From the NCBI GenBank assembly GCA_964016885.1, contig OZ024742.1, positions 305,846,001 to 305,910,000 on the forward strand: a stretch of 64,000 nucleotides of DNA. Direction: 5' to 3'. This DNA is from Eledone cirrhosa. Taxonomy: Eukaryota. The notes beneath the pieces are model-generated. The model did not search any database and was not told the origin of the DNA. It saw only the letters and a list, made by a program, of their open reading frames with translations. Made by a program: the position numbers and the translations under genes. Positions 42,289 through 55,776 of the stretch are shown here, in pieces. The first letter of the stretch is position 1, and every line of letters starts with the position of its first letter.

Positions 42289-42723
42289 ATGATGTTAAAT
42301 AAATAGAAACTATATTTATAAAACCATATTTATTCTATTAAATATATTTCAAGGGTACAAAAACTTTGGTACGCTCTCATCAGATATAACACAAAGTTTT
42401 TTTTAATAAATATTGACATAACCAGGAAAGAAGAACTTAACAGTTTAAGTTTTTCCTTTTGCTTATATATATATATATACTTAAGGTAAATATTGATGCA
42501 ATTCAATTCAAGCACTCAACGTACTCATTCCGCATAGGAGTGACGGAGTGAATAGCGAATAAGGAAAAGCGAAGTAGTTCCAGATGTTCAACTCCTTTAA
42601 TAATAATGCTGCGACATCATCAGATAGCTTGTTATATAATAAGGTAATGTTTCCGAGGCAATCCAATTTGAATCGACATGGGAGCGGATGGAGTGTGTGC
42701 TCTTGGGTTCTTCATCCGTTCCC

Positions 42724-42796
<73 letters not shown>

Positions 42797-43976
42797 CACA
42801 AATTTAAATAACTGTGAAAACCATACATTAGAATGATTAAAAAGCAAATCAAGATTGCTAAGATGACATGAGAATATTGCCTTAATAATCCAAAATATTT
42901 TCGGGTTTTAAAACCCATTATCAAGGGAGTTCCCAATGAAAGACTTCAAAGATCGATCGATTTGACTTGCTTGTTTGGAGAGCAGATTTAATTTAAATAA
43001 AATAAAAAGACGTTAAAATCTGAAACGTATGATATATGCATATGTGTGCGTGGATGTAAGTGTGCTTAGGGGCATGTTTGTATGTGTATGCAGGGATGGT
43101 CCGGAGTGAGCTTACATTAATGCACACTCATACAAGTTGCATTTGCGAGCCATCACAGTCACAGAAAAAGATTTTGTAAGGAATTGCAGTCGCAGAGAGA
43201 CAAAAGAATTTTCAAAGAAATTATCATTAATATAATTACAAATAGCACCAGTTTCAGCAACGTGTACTGAATTTATGAACACCAATTTGATTTTTAGTAT
43301 TCCAGTAGATAGAACCTAAAGGAGGGTGTTAGGAGAAGAACTGAGTAGCGAGAAACAGAATAAATTTCACTAATAAATGAAATTTACACAGTGCATTGTG
43401 TTCTTTTCCAATATTACAACTGTAGACTAATACACACTTACAGGCGCTCACGCACACACACACACACACGGGCGCGCGCGCGCGCGTGTGTGTGTGTATT
43501 CGAATGATACGTAAATGTATACGCTTACATATATATATATATATATATAAACACATATATATATATAAATATATATATATATAAATATATATATAAATAT
43601 ATATATATAAATATATATATATATAAATATATATATATATTAGAAAGTAAGTCCATAGAATCATTTGATAAAATATATACAGTATATCTCCTCCCAATCA
43701 GCATAATTAACCACACAAAAAAATCAATTAAACGAGGCTATAAGTTTAAAATGTACCTATGAAGAAACAGTAGATAAATAAATGATAGCTATTTTATCTG
43801 CGATCAACAGCCACAGAAGATTTACCTAGTATTTCTAATAGCCCGTAGAGATTGATTAGACATATAGCTAACCATACACAATTAGGTACAAAATCAAAGT
43901 TAGAAGAAAAAAAGTACATACATATACCAAAATAATGTTTCAATATATATATATTATATATATATACACACACACA

Positions 43977-44060
<84 letters not shown>

Positions 44061-44063
<3 letters not shown>

Positions 44064-44671
44064 TGGCTGCCAACTCGTTTTCGAGTACGGCCACTACTTT
44101 ATATCCATGTAGGAGAACCCCTACCGATGCGCTGAACGAGTGTGACTTTTTAGTCGAGCCAGCGACTTGAAAACTCTGGTACAAACACTACACTTGTGAC
44201 AATTACTGACACATAGTGCTGGGCCCATGGTACCATGTGACGACAAGTGCAGAGAGATCTCCAGATATAAAGCAATGCCTGTGCCGTGAAGCTTTTATAG
44301 TGAGCAAAGGCACTGCACAAAGCCAGTCCCACTCTCTTAACCAAGATGATATTTACCAAAAAGAAGAACAAGTCAACATCATTGGATACCATCAGGGTTG
44401 CAGGTGTTATATCAGAGTTTTCCTTCTCCTAGAATTCTGCCTTGACAAAGGCTAAGGGGTCATCTCTCCCGGTGATTTTGGATGGCCATTGACTCTTAAG
44501 AGCTCCTTTGCCCTTTGACAGGTTTTGTTTTTAGTCCTGCAGGATGTCCAAAGTCACCCTCCTCACCAAGAAACCTTGGTGGGGTTGCCAGTTTAGTCGC
44601 CAACGACCCGACCATGGGACAGGTTGTACTGGGATACATGTTACCAGTAGCACCAACTGGTGACCTGACAT
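44061..44671 (-). mobile_element. ~610-bp non-autonomous RTE-derived retroposon in (TA)n
   Basis: RTE 5'UTR-type motif CTAGGAGAAGGAAAACTCTGA joined to an RTE-type 3' end; near-identical full copy at 58621-59230. Confidence 0.8.
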
Positions 44672-44684
44672 ACTATATATATAT

Positions 44685-44974
44685 ATTAATAAAAGGAATG
44701 CCAACTTTCTCTGATTTATTCGTTTTATTTACAATCCTTTAAAATTATAATGGTATTAGAATGAAATAGTATGGTAGAATACTAAATGTTAAGTGTTAAT
44801 TGACTGTCACCACAGAATATGAACCTGAAGATTGCGAAAGGATAAACGTACTTGTTCAATTAACACTTAACATTTAATATTCTACTATACTATTTCATTC
44901 TAATACCATTATAATTTTAAAGGATTGTAAATAAAACGAGTAAATCAGACAAAGTTGGAATTCCTTTTATTAAT
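44685..44974. repeat. Inverted repeat (119-bp arms) with a decayed HHR in the loop
   Basis: Arms 44685-44803 and 44856-44974; loop contains gaac-CTGAAGA-ttgc gaaa ggat-AAAC GTA..gttc. Confidence 0.9.
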
Positions 44975-45004
44975 ATAATCTTCTATACATAATCATACAC
45001 ACCC

Positions 45005-45059
<55 letters not shown>

Positions 45060-45929
45060 TATGTGTGTGTGTGTGTATATATATATATACACACACACAA
45101 TCTGCCCAAAAAATGCAGGTACAACAATGCAGTGAGTAGTTACATATTGCAGCATAGGATGTGACATTTTGGTGACATTTTGACATTCAAGCCGTTCCCC
45201 TAAGTAAAAAGGAATCACGAACATAAGAAATAGGAAAAAAAATCGAGAATGAAATATAAATATTATAGATACCTAATCATATACACACATATATATACGA
45301 ACACACTATACTAATACAATGCTAATACAATACGAACACACTATACTAATACTACACGCACGCATACACACACATATATATATATATATATATGCATGTA
45401 TATATGTATAAATGTATAAATGTATATATATATATATATTTATGTCTGGATGTTTGGATTTATGTGAATGTATTTACGCGTGTATGAGTGTGTATTAACT
45501 AAAAGTGCATATTATAATATAATAAGAAAAACATATTCTCGAGTGGAAAAAATAGCTGTTCACTATGACAGAAGTGTAATTAAATGTCATTATAATTTTT
45601 AGGAAATGTTTTCGTTTGTGATTCGCCAGTTAAACGAAAAGAGAAAAAATTATTGTCTTTGCTTATCAATAAGACTATCTATATTTAAATTCATCACCAC
45701 CACCGCCACCATCACCACCACCACCACCAACACCATTATCATCATCATCAACATCATCAATAGCAACGACCCAATAAAAAAATAATATATTAACAGTAAT
45801 TATAATAATGATGCATTTATTCACCACAATGGGTTTACCTTAAAAAAACATTAGGCCAACACAGGACGAATATTTGTATGCACATGTGTATGTGTTTCGG
45901 TGTATGGGTTCTGTGTATAAACACGTTTA

Positions 45930-47000
45930 ATAATAATAAAAGAAATGTAGCAATTAAAAAATATTAAGGAGATGTTTAAGGGCTGAGCATGGAGAAAAGT
46001 CGATAAAACTACGGGTGCCCTGATCTCTAGGGAAAGTGCACTGTTCCAGTTGTCCTCCTATTTACGAGCGCATACTTAGAGCAGGTTCATTCACTCGAGC
46101 TACGTTTGCCTTTCTCACCCATCTTTCAACAAACTGGCTGAAAGGCAGCATTTCCCTTTCCACCCCGATTTCCCTCTTCAAGTGGAACCTGAAAAAGTTC
46201 CTCGAGGCTTCACCGAAGAGGAAATTGCTTGTCATTAAACCTTTCAGAAGTAGCCACTCTATAACTACGTTTGCCATGGTCACCAGACAGATAAAACAGA
46301 CTACGCTTCTTGGCTAAAGGAAGGAGGACGGGCGATTTTCACAATGAACTCAGCTGATAGCCGGATTCATTTGACACGTGACAGCATGTGTTCGACATAA
46401 ATCCACAAGTCAGCATTGCAGGATGGTTTGATCGCTCTGTGCATATCTCGGACGGGTCCGGCTGACGGCACTCCAATGCCTGTAGAGTTTATGTCGAACT
46501 GGCAAAACTCCCCGGTAGCACTGCTCTGGCAAGGATTTCTGGAAATTATCCATGGGCGCTGTACCGAAAATTCTTCCGTAAAGAATTATTAGTTCATTTT
46601 CGTGCTTATCTCGGACAGCTCCTGCCTGTACAGTGTTCGTCGATTCCTAGATTTTCCCCAAGAATGACGTCGCTTATATACATCACAAACCCTCTATAGA
46701 ACACTAAGGTGAAGTTTCCACCGATGGTACTGACCATTTCACTTCCTTCCAGGATGACGCAGGCTAGGATCCACCGGATGGCTAATTCTGGTGTATATAA
46801 AATGCAAATATTACAATTTTGCTCGTTTTAGAGGGGACCAAAGAGTACACCTTTACAACGGCCTAGCGTTTGAAAAACAGAAATACACCCACTAACTGAT
46901 TGTTCCTCAACACGTGTTGGATGTCTGGCATCAAGCTCTTCAGAATTGTCTCCACGTAGGATGGTGGTGCCAGCTCCGGCTTTTCGGACTTAATGCTAAT
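45930..47000 (-). mobile_element. L1/Tx1-type LINE 3' fragment
   Basis: FFRFHLKREIGVEREMLPFSQFVERWVRKANVARV resembles a Tx1/L1 ORF2 C-terminus; local GC content is higher than the flanks. Confidence 0.6.
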
Positions 47001-48474
47001 ACATGTGTAGGTGAAAGATTTTGTTTCTATGTTGCTGCCAACACCCCAGACAGAACACTTATGTTGGTCCAGATTTTCTCAGCTGTAACAAGTTTGGCTG
47101 TATAAGCGAAACATCCTCTCTCCTTATAATGTCTATGTGGTACAATTCCAGTTTTTGCAGCTGATGTAGAGAAATGTAATTTTGTTGTTGAATTTGCCGT
47201 GATTGTTGTTGCTGATGTTGATGTCATTGTTGTTGTAGCTGTTGTTGTTCTTGTTTTCATCATTGGTGTTGCTGCTCTTGTTGTTGTTGTTGGTGTTGAT
47301 GATATCGTTGTTGTTGTTGCTGGTGGTAGTGGTGTTGGTTTTGTTCTACAATTTGTTGTTGGAAACAGGTTTGTTGGTAGTTTTTCTTTTGATTACAAGC
47401 AGCTTTATTTCACTAACGGTGTTGTTTTGCTGACGCTGTTGCAATTAATATTTGCACAATTTTCTCTTGCTGTAAGAAACCGTATTAATTCGGTTTTGTT
47501 CGTATTTTTCCGCCATCGTCTGTTTGTTGACACGCTACCGTCCATTTTCTCTCTCCCCTCTGTTGGTTTACAGTTACGGAATGACCTCGTGATTACGAGG
47601 AATCCATACTTATATTCAAGATTATTTTTGTTCAACTGTTTGACACTCCTCTAGGGGTGTCTTTTCAAACACAACTACTCTACCTGCTACAAGTACGTTT
47701 ACTTACCTAATCTTTTATTAAGTTTAAAACTCAAATAATAGCTTCGAAAAAGTAAAACAAAGTATCAAATACCTTTGGTATATTTGGAGCCGAAGCGAAG
47801 CATGTCTATAGAGAAACATGGGCAGCAAGAGCAAGGAGATTTGGATTAAGCCTGCTGAAGAGGAATGTTATTGTTATTAGTTTAATCCTGGTATGGCTGA
47901 GGATGAGAATGAATTTGATGAATGCCTCAGAAAAAAGAATACCAATGAATATGAGAAGGGTAGATAGAAGGTTGATAATTGAAATTACCATTTAGATAAA
48001 TGCTGTCATATAAAAACACATCCAGAGAGAAGACATAACGCAAACTAGTAATCTTATCTGAACTGTTGCACTGCTTGTAGAGAAGCAAATGCGACTACCA
48101 AACGCCAAGTAAGGCAAAAGAACGATGTTGGAAAACTCGCATTGAAAATGCCATAATGTGGTTAAGGCAGGATCTAAGTAAAATTAAACAATGGTTTACA
48201 GGAAAGTGGTAAAATGATAAAACGCCTGATCAGAATAGTGGATTGTTTGTTTTTCTGAAAGAATACGCTCAATGATGGAGACTAAGTTGTGTATTGTCAG
48301 AAATAGAGGAGAAGTTATGCCATGTAGCTTAATGCTGTGAGCTGTGATCAATATATAGAGTTGATAACTTTGCCTATTATGTTTATTAAAAAAATGATTA
48401 AGATATAGATATAGGTGTCTGGGTAGTCGGTAGGTGAATGGCAAAATATTCAACCTGCGACGTAATCTTCCTCG

Positions 48475-48800
48475 ATCCACAGGCAACCTGATATTTTCAA
48501 TCTTTCCCACCCCAGGCAACCCCATATTTTATATCACTCCCACCCCAATCAACCTCATATTTTCAATCTTTCCCACCCAAGGCAACCTCATATTTTCAAT
48601 TCCCACACCAAGCATTTTATATCATTCCCACCCGTGGCAACCGCATATTTTCAAATTTTCCCACCCCAGGCATCCTGATATTTTATATCACTCCCATCCC
48701 AGGCAACCTCATATTTTATATCACTCCTACCCCAGGAAACCTCATATTTTCAATCATTCCCACCCGAGGGTGCCTCATATTTTCAGTCTTCCCACCCCTT
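48475..48800. repeat. Minisatellite, ~32-33-bp unit, about 10 copies
   Basis: cccaccccaggcaacctcatattttYaWWcWYt repeated. Confidence 0.9.
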
Positions 48801-49224
48801 ACATACCTCGATCCTGTTTATCCAGGCTTTGTGTCATCATTCTAAACCTTTTTAACAGGAGTTTGTCACTAATTCTAATGTTATACGATGCTTGTCGAAT
48901 GAACAAAACACTTCACTGTTTGAATTTAAACAATTTACAAAAACGTTTGTTGGTTAGCAGTTAACGCAGCAAATTATTTACTGCCTCGTCAAAATCGGTA
49001 ATATTAAGTGATCAAAACAATCGATTTTTCTAAAAAATTATCTTAAAACCTCATCAAAAGAAATCAATAATGTTAAATAAGTGTTTCATATATAGACTGA
49101 TAACACTAATGTATTAAATAAAGACAACTATGGTAATATCAATACGATCACAGATGTCTCTATCTCTTGTCTCTGCCTATACATTTGTGTCCCTTTCTTT
49201 GGGTAATGTGCAGAGTAACATTAA

Positions 49225-49269
<45 letters not shown>

Positions 49270-50729
49270 AGTTAACGAGATACCATTTAAGGTAAACCCT
49301 ATTGTACAGTCGACCACGTTAATTTTCACTCAATTACTATATATATATATCACAAAAAAAGAAGAGAATCAGTGTTGCGACGAATGGAATTTATTGGACA
49401 TATTACAATCGTTTCTCTGGCGACCAGCTTGAGGCCCGATCGATGTGATGATCGAACCTGACTCTGAAAATCGCAAGGTCCTCAGATACGTATTGATTCT
49501 ACGAAGCAGATTTTCTTAATGTCCTTTTACGTTGATATCCTTCGCTTAGATCCTGTTGTTGTCATCGATATTTCTAGCCACTCATAGTTGTCCACTATTT
49601 GGTTCTTTTCATTCTCCACCTGTCAATCAAAGTTGTTTCTTAGATCGGAATTACTACTGTAGTAGGTGAGGGGTTGTATGCTCGAACTGCTGGCGGTCCC
49701 TTGGCGTCTTCTCTGTCTGTAGGCGCCCTCGCCCACACCGATCACGCAGACACCCGCAACTGTATTATATGCGATAATCACCGTAAATATAATGCTTGGA
49801 GGACATTTTTAAAACAAATTAGAAAAATATTTAGCATAACGTTTCAAGAACACAGCCTCAGAATACCTTAAAGCATACATATTTCAGAAAGAAAAAAAAA
49901 CACTGTACAAAGAACGTTTTTAAATGAATGCTTGGAACAGCCTTTAAAAAAAAAGGTTATTTCGAAGGTATTTTTGATAAACGTGTATAGTTAAAACGCT
50001 GCACATATATACTCAGATGAAAAAAAGAAAGATCTACCCATAGGCATTCATACCCTCACACAGACATGTTCCTACAAATACATCCACCCAGACATGTGTA
50101 CACACGTGCGCAATCATATGATTCCAGTTCCTCAGAAGAATAACAACACAACCAGGAGATGGACATATCGATGTATTAACGGAGTAAAACACACTTCAAT
50201 AACACCAGTTCGGACTGCCTGAAGAGGTCACAACCAATGATGGCTGTCGATGAAATATATATATAGCAGTATATCTATAATTTATAATAAACGAAGCCAC
50301 ATTTTACATATTTGACTTAATTATTTTACATTACTCCGGAGTAAACAAACCAACATGCGTACTCCGTCGAGTGCTCCATATGCATACTTGGGTGTCGGTA
50401 AACAACCAACATATACTCAAAATATATATTTATTTATATATTCTTTATAATGAACGAGGAAAAGAAGAATCAATACATAGGGTAGAATATGATTATATAT
50501 TTATTTGGATGTCCCGTATGCAGTTATGTAAATTTCCCGTTTACACGCTTGTACATGTATATATGTGTTTGTATGTATGTATTAATATATTCAGGCATGG
50601 TTGTGTGCGTACGTGTGTGTGCCTTAGAACATGTTTACTTATACACCCCTTTAAAAAGAACTCCTGGGCACAATAACAAGTAAGAAAAGACGCAAATATA
50701 TACGCAAAGACACACACACACACACACAC

Positions 50730-50806
<77 letters not shown>

Positions 50807-50888
50807 GTTATTCCGGGTTGAATCGGAGGTAACCACAGTAGGTAAGGTACTCAATACATAGCAGAGTATAACAGTTTTAATATAGATG

Positions 50889-50939
50889 AGATTCTACAGG
50901 ACTAGAACTGTTTCATTCATTAGAAATCATCAGGAATCT
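50889..50939 (-). ncRNA. Type I hammerhead ribozyme in a PLE-type 3' end (element terminus near 50806)
   Basis: Minus strand: agattc-CTGATGA-tttc taat gaat-GAAAC AG ttctagtc CT GTA-gaatct; perfect 6-bp stem I. Confidence 0.85.
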
Positions 50940-51671
50940 GGGTATCAAAAAATAAATATGGTATTTATAGGTCTCTACAAGTGGTAGGAGAGGGTGGGGA
51001 GTGGGATGGGTGCAGGTCATTGGTTGATAGAAAAGGGAGTTCATTAAAAGCTAATTCTACAAAGCTATAGTTAATTTTTATTTATATTTATTTATGTTTT
51101 TAGAGTAACAAAGGCAGACAGAATTCTATAAACAGGTTCCGGATGGCATACCATTCCTTGTCAATAAGTTTCTCTTAAGCTAACAGATGTCTATAAAATC
51201 AGTGGGAGGTCAGTCATGCTCGATAGAATTAAAGAAAAGGGAGATTCTCTAAAAGCTAAAGTCATTAAGGTTCTACTAAGTGACAAAGGTCTAGGGAATT
51301 CTGCAGACAGATTCAAAATACTGAGTGCATATCTTACTATTATCTTCGAACTTCTCTTAAACTAATCAACAATATGCCAAAATCAACAGACACATTCACA
51401 AAAAAACAAAAAAACAAAAAAACAAAAAAACAGACAAACAAAAAAACACACATAAAAAACAAAAAAACACACATACTCACTCACACACTTACGCGCAACC
51501 ATAAACACACACACAAACACATATACACACATAAAAACACACACACATATATAAAGAATATATAAATATATATAAATATACATTCATGTACACACACATA
51601 CATACACACATACATACATACATACATATATATATATATGTATATATGTATACACATATATATATATATAT

Positions 51672-52150
51672 ATTGGTAAACGGAATAGAAAATGCTGACA
51701 AATTGTTCACAGTTGAAAAATGGTTTAATTAGGAATAAAAGAGTATTAGTGATTGTATGGGTTAGTATTCAGTTGTGGTTTTAAGTTTTTAAGTTTTTAC
51801 CGGTTGCGCATTTCTAAATGCTTTTCAAAAATAATTTTGAGATAGAGTGTCCGTGCTGTTTGCTCTGATCTGATTAGTTTTGGGAATTCTACCTGTTTTT
51901 ATGTTAAAAAAATGGCTCCAGCGTTATTTTTGTGTTGTAAAAATGCTTGTGGTCAAAACAATTTTGATTGGTCGGTAGAAGTCATGTGAATGTAAAAAGT
52001 TGATTTTGCGCCAAGACTGTTTTTATGTTAAAATGTTAGAAAAGTGGCTCCAGCAAAAATTATGGTCAAAACAATTTTGATTGGTCGGTAGAGGTCATGT
52101 GGATAAAAAATTGGTTTTGCGCCAAGATTGAGAAATGACTCTTTCACAAC
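51672..52150 (-). mobile_element. PLE 3' UTR fragment (U3-A8 HHR family)
   Basis: Matches 18893-19090; the upstream part is homologous to 54850-55200. Confidence 0.75.
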
Positions 52151-52152
52151 AA

Positions 52153-52206
<54 letters not shown>

Positions 52207-52275
52207 TAGTAGTAGTAAGGTGTTCGATGCTGCGACAATAGCCACCAGCGATGTGTGTCAAATGGCTATTAAGAT

Positions 52276-52319
<44 letters not shown>

Positions 52320-52405
52320 ACATACACACAGCAGAGTCATTCGAAGGTCAAAAGATATTTTTCAGCTTTTGTCTTATACGGAGAAGTGCGTGTGTGTGTG
52401 TGTGT

Positions 52406-53109
52406 GTTCAATATTCCTTGTCTGGCTTTCTGGAGAATAGAGGAAAGGTGTTTCCTCAAAAACCAGTATGACTCTAAAAACCGGTTTGTCTGTGTGTTTA
52501 CATACAGAATAGCTGGATACTCACAGTAAAGTAACCAGTGAAAGACTTGGTACATCTACATATGTATACGTGTGTGTATTCATATGCATACTAGTATTTC
52601 AGTATGCATATGTAGATGTACATTTTTAACTTAATTGTTTAAGCGTCAGTCATACAAAAGTGAGTTACAAACGAAACGAAATTTAATTTCGTTTCGTTAT
52701 TTGTTTTTATCGTCTCCGTTGAACCGGTACGTACTCACACTCTATGCAAATTAGTCTGCCCACTACTAATTTTCAATTTTCATAGAAAAAGCATATAACG
52801 ATATGTGCTTTTACGATTCTCCAGAAAGGCCGGTAGATAGGTAAATATTGCTGATGAGTTGTAACAACAACGAAACTAGTTCAATATTCCTTGTCTGGCT
52901 TTCTGGAGAATAGAGGAAAGGTGTTTCCTCAAAAACCAGTATGACTCTAAAAACCGGTTTGTCTGTGTGTTTACATACAGAATAGCTGGATACTCACAGT
53001 AAAGTAACCAGTGAAAGACTTGGTACATCTACATATGTATACGTGTGTGTATTCATATGCATACTAGTATTTCAGTATGCATATGTAGATGTACATTTTT
53101 AACTTAATT
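52406..53109 (+). mobile_element. Retrozyme-like element: 473-nt unit plus 231-bp direct repeat, no ORF
   Basis: 52406-52636 matches 52879-53109 (offset 473), with the HHR at the junction. Confidence 0.85.
52844..52888 (+). ncRNA. Minimal type I hammerhead ribozyme
   Basis: aatattg-CTGATGA-GTTG taacaa CAAC-GAAAC TA GTT-caatatt; perfect 7-bp stem I; predicted cleavage after 52881. Confidence 0.9.
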
Positions 53110-53800
53110 ATATATATATATATATTGTTAAATTATATGCCTATAAAGAAAACATTATATTATTGTAACATTTATATTGTTTGTGCAAATTAACCGGAGA
53201 TTATCTATTATATAATTATATAGTTTATTATATATTTTATGCTTACTTTTAATCATTTATTCTTCATTTTATACTGTAAATATTATATGTATTATATTTT
53301 CAATTTTATTTTCATTTGTATTTTTATTTTTATTTTAATTTAATTTAATTTTATTTTATTTTATTTTATTTTATTATTACTATTATTATTTATATTTAAA
53401 CTCTTAATAAGGGTTAGTTTGTGCTTCTATTGATGGAAATGTGTATTGATATATATGTATATATGTGTACATATGTATATATATATATATATGTATATTG
53501 GGCCTTTTAACATTATTATTATTATCATCATTATTAATTATATTATATTATATTATATTATATTATATTATATTATATTATATTATATATAGTACAATAA
53601 TTCCCGCTCTATATCACCACCTCTGTTTTAGCTCTAGTTTTTGCATTGGAAATGTTACTTACTTCCTTAGCAATTTTCACTTGATAATTTTTTAATTGAT
53701 AATTTTTACCCGTTTATTTTCCTATGATTTAATCTATGTACACTTCATATTCTTCTGAGTTTTCGGCTTGTATTGGCTGATAGTGCTTCTTATAGCTTTA

Positions 53801-53846
53801 ATTGCCCTGATGAGTCCTTAATAGGACGAAACATTGTTGGCTAATA
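53801..53846 (+). ncRNA. Minimal type I hammerhead ribozyme
   Basis: gcc-CTGATGA-GTCC ttaata GGAC-GAAAC att GTT-ggc; about 150 bp upstream of (TA)n. Confidence 0.88.
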
Positions 53847-53988
53847 AAGACTTTTGATGTATTGAAGGATTCTTTGGGTTTTTTTCATAATTCTTCGGCT
53901 CTGTTTAATTACATTGAGCTATACCTTTACTGTCATTTCTATAATACGATGAGGGTGTTTAACTCCAACACACTCTAGTATTTCAATT

Positions 53989-54079
<91 letters not shown>

Positions 54080-54091
54080 ATATATATATAT

Positions 54092-54467
54092 ATTTATTCA
54101 TTGAACCTTGTTTAACTTTTAAATATATATATATTTAAAACTTAAACAAGGTTCAATGAATAAATCAAAGAATGAGTTTTACAATAGATTGGAAGCACTC
54201 GACTGTTATGGTTTTCCAGAGTTATTAATATTGATTCAAAATATTAACAAAATAGATAGATAGTCTTGTGATCAAGTATATTTTTTTATACATATTTCAG
54301 AGGTACTGAGTTAAGTTCAACAGTCTTAACCATCTACGATGTCAGGGTATGTCATCATCTTATTTTATCTGATGAGGACGTACCTTTGAAGTTAACTCAA
54401 TACCTCTGAAATATGTATAATAAAATATACTTGATCACAAGAATATCTATTTTGTTAAGATTTTGAA

Positions 54468-54470
<3 letters not shown>
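54092..54470. repeat. Element with two inverted repeats (54092-54165 and 54234-54468)
   Basis: The first is centred on a (TA)n; the second has ~85-bp arms with CTGATGAG (54369-54376) in its loop. Confidence 0.85.
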
Positions 54471-54515
<45 letters not shown>

Positions 54516-54684
54516 AACCAGTAAGACCCCGACAGCTGAGCTCAAGCCGTTTCGACGGCTAATTCTGGTCTTACTGGTTCCTATTACCCACTCTACTACC
54601 TCAAGTATTGAGTACTTTGGTGCGTTATGGTCCACCTGGTTCCTTACCACATTTCCTTCGTTATATATATATATATATATATTA

Positions 54685-55731
54685 GAAAGTGAGGTTTTTT
54701 TTACAAATTGAAAAATAACCGAGGTGTCCTACACGAGTGAAAGTATAAAGAAAAAGAGATGAAATCGAAAATGCAACTGGAGTCTTATTTTAAAAAAAAT
54801 ATATATATATTTATTTGGTTCCTTTACCGGTTTCGCAGTTCTTCTGCTTTTCAAAAGGTGAGTTGAGATGGAGGGTCTGTGGTTTTTCTCACATCTGGTT
54901 GGTCTCTGAATGTTACTTGTTTTATATGGAAAAAGTGGCTCGAAATGCCAGGTTTTTCGAGAAGTAATTTCATTGGTTTGTCAATAATTATAATAAATTT
55001 CGCGCCAGTTCGCGTTACAATAGTTCTTCAAATAAGAGGGGGGTTGTCACAGGTTGTTTTTTCATATATGAGTGTTTGAATTTCTTTTTACTTGTAAAAA
55101 GGGGCCCATGAAGGCTTTTTTTTTGGTTGGTTATAAATGAAATTTTGCTGTCACGTGAACAAGTTTTCATTAAATTTTCGTGCCCTTATTTGGAAATCCA
55201 TTCTGTAGCCTTTTTAGAGAATTTTATGATAAGTGAAAGATAATGGTCAAGAGAAAGGGATGGGAGAATTGTTCTGGTTCAGTGAATGTGGTTAGTTCGC
55301 TGGGGTGTCAGAATTGAGATTTTCTATTGAATAAAGAAAGTAAAGATATGTATGATAAATTTGTGTGCTTGTGTGTGTGTGCGTGTGTGTGTGTGTGTGT
55401 GTGTTGTGTGCGTGTGTGTGTGTTGTGTGTGTGTCTGAATTTCTTTACTTAAAAAAAAGGTGGCTCACGAAGGCTTTTTTTAATAAACGTGATTTGATTG
55501 GTTATAAATGAAATTTGGCTGTCACGTGAATAAGTTTTCATTACATTTTCGCGACCTATTTGGAAATCTATTCTGTAGCCTTTATAGAGAATGTTATGAC
55601 AAGGGAAAGATAGTGGTCAAGAGAAATGGGATTGGGAGAATTGTTCTGGTTCAGTGAATATGGTTAGTTCGCTGGGGTGTCAGAGTTCAGATTTTCTATT
55701 GAAGTAAAGATATGTATGTTTATTTGTGTGC

Positions 55732-55776
<45 letters not shown>

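Noticed and set aside
47806-48340. Purine-rich stretch containing ARARRFGL, a possible processed pseudogene
   Set aside because: Multiple stops and no second confirming motif; not assignable by eye.
48434-48964. 176-aa Pro/His-rich ORF
   Set aside because: It runs through the 32-33-bp minisatellite, has indels between units and shows no domain signal.
49400-49440. Further HHR-like fragments (here, and near 18095-18130, 19400-19437, 42610-42630 and 50219)
   Set aside because: Each lacks or mismatches several core nucleotides or stems, so none was called as a ribozyme.
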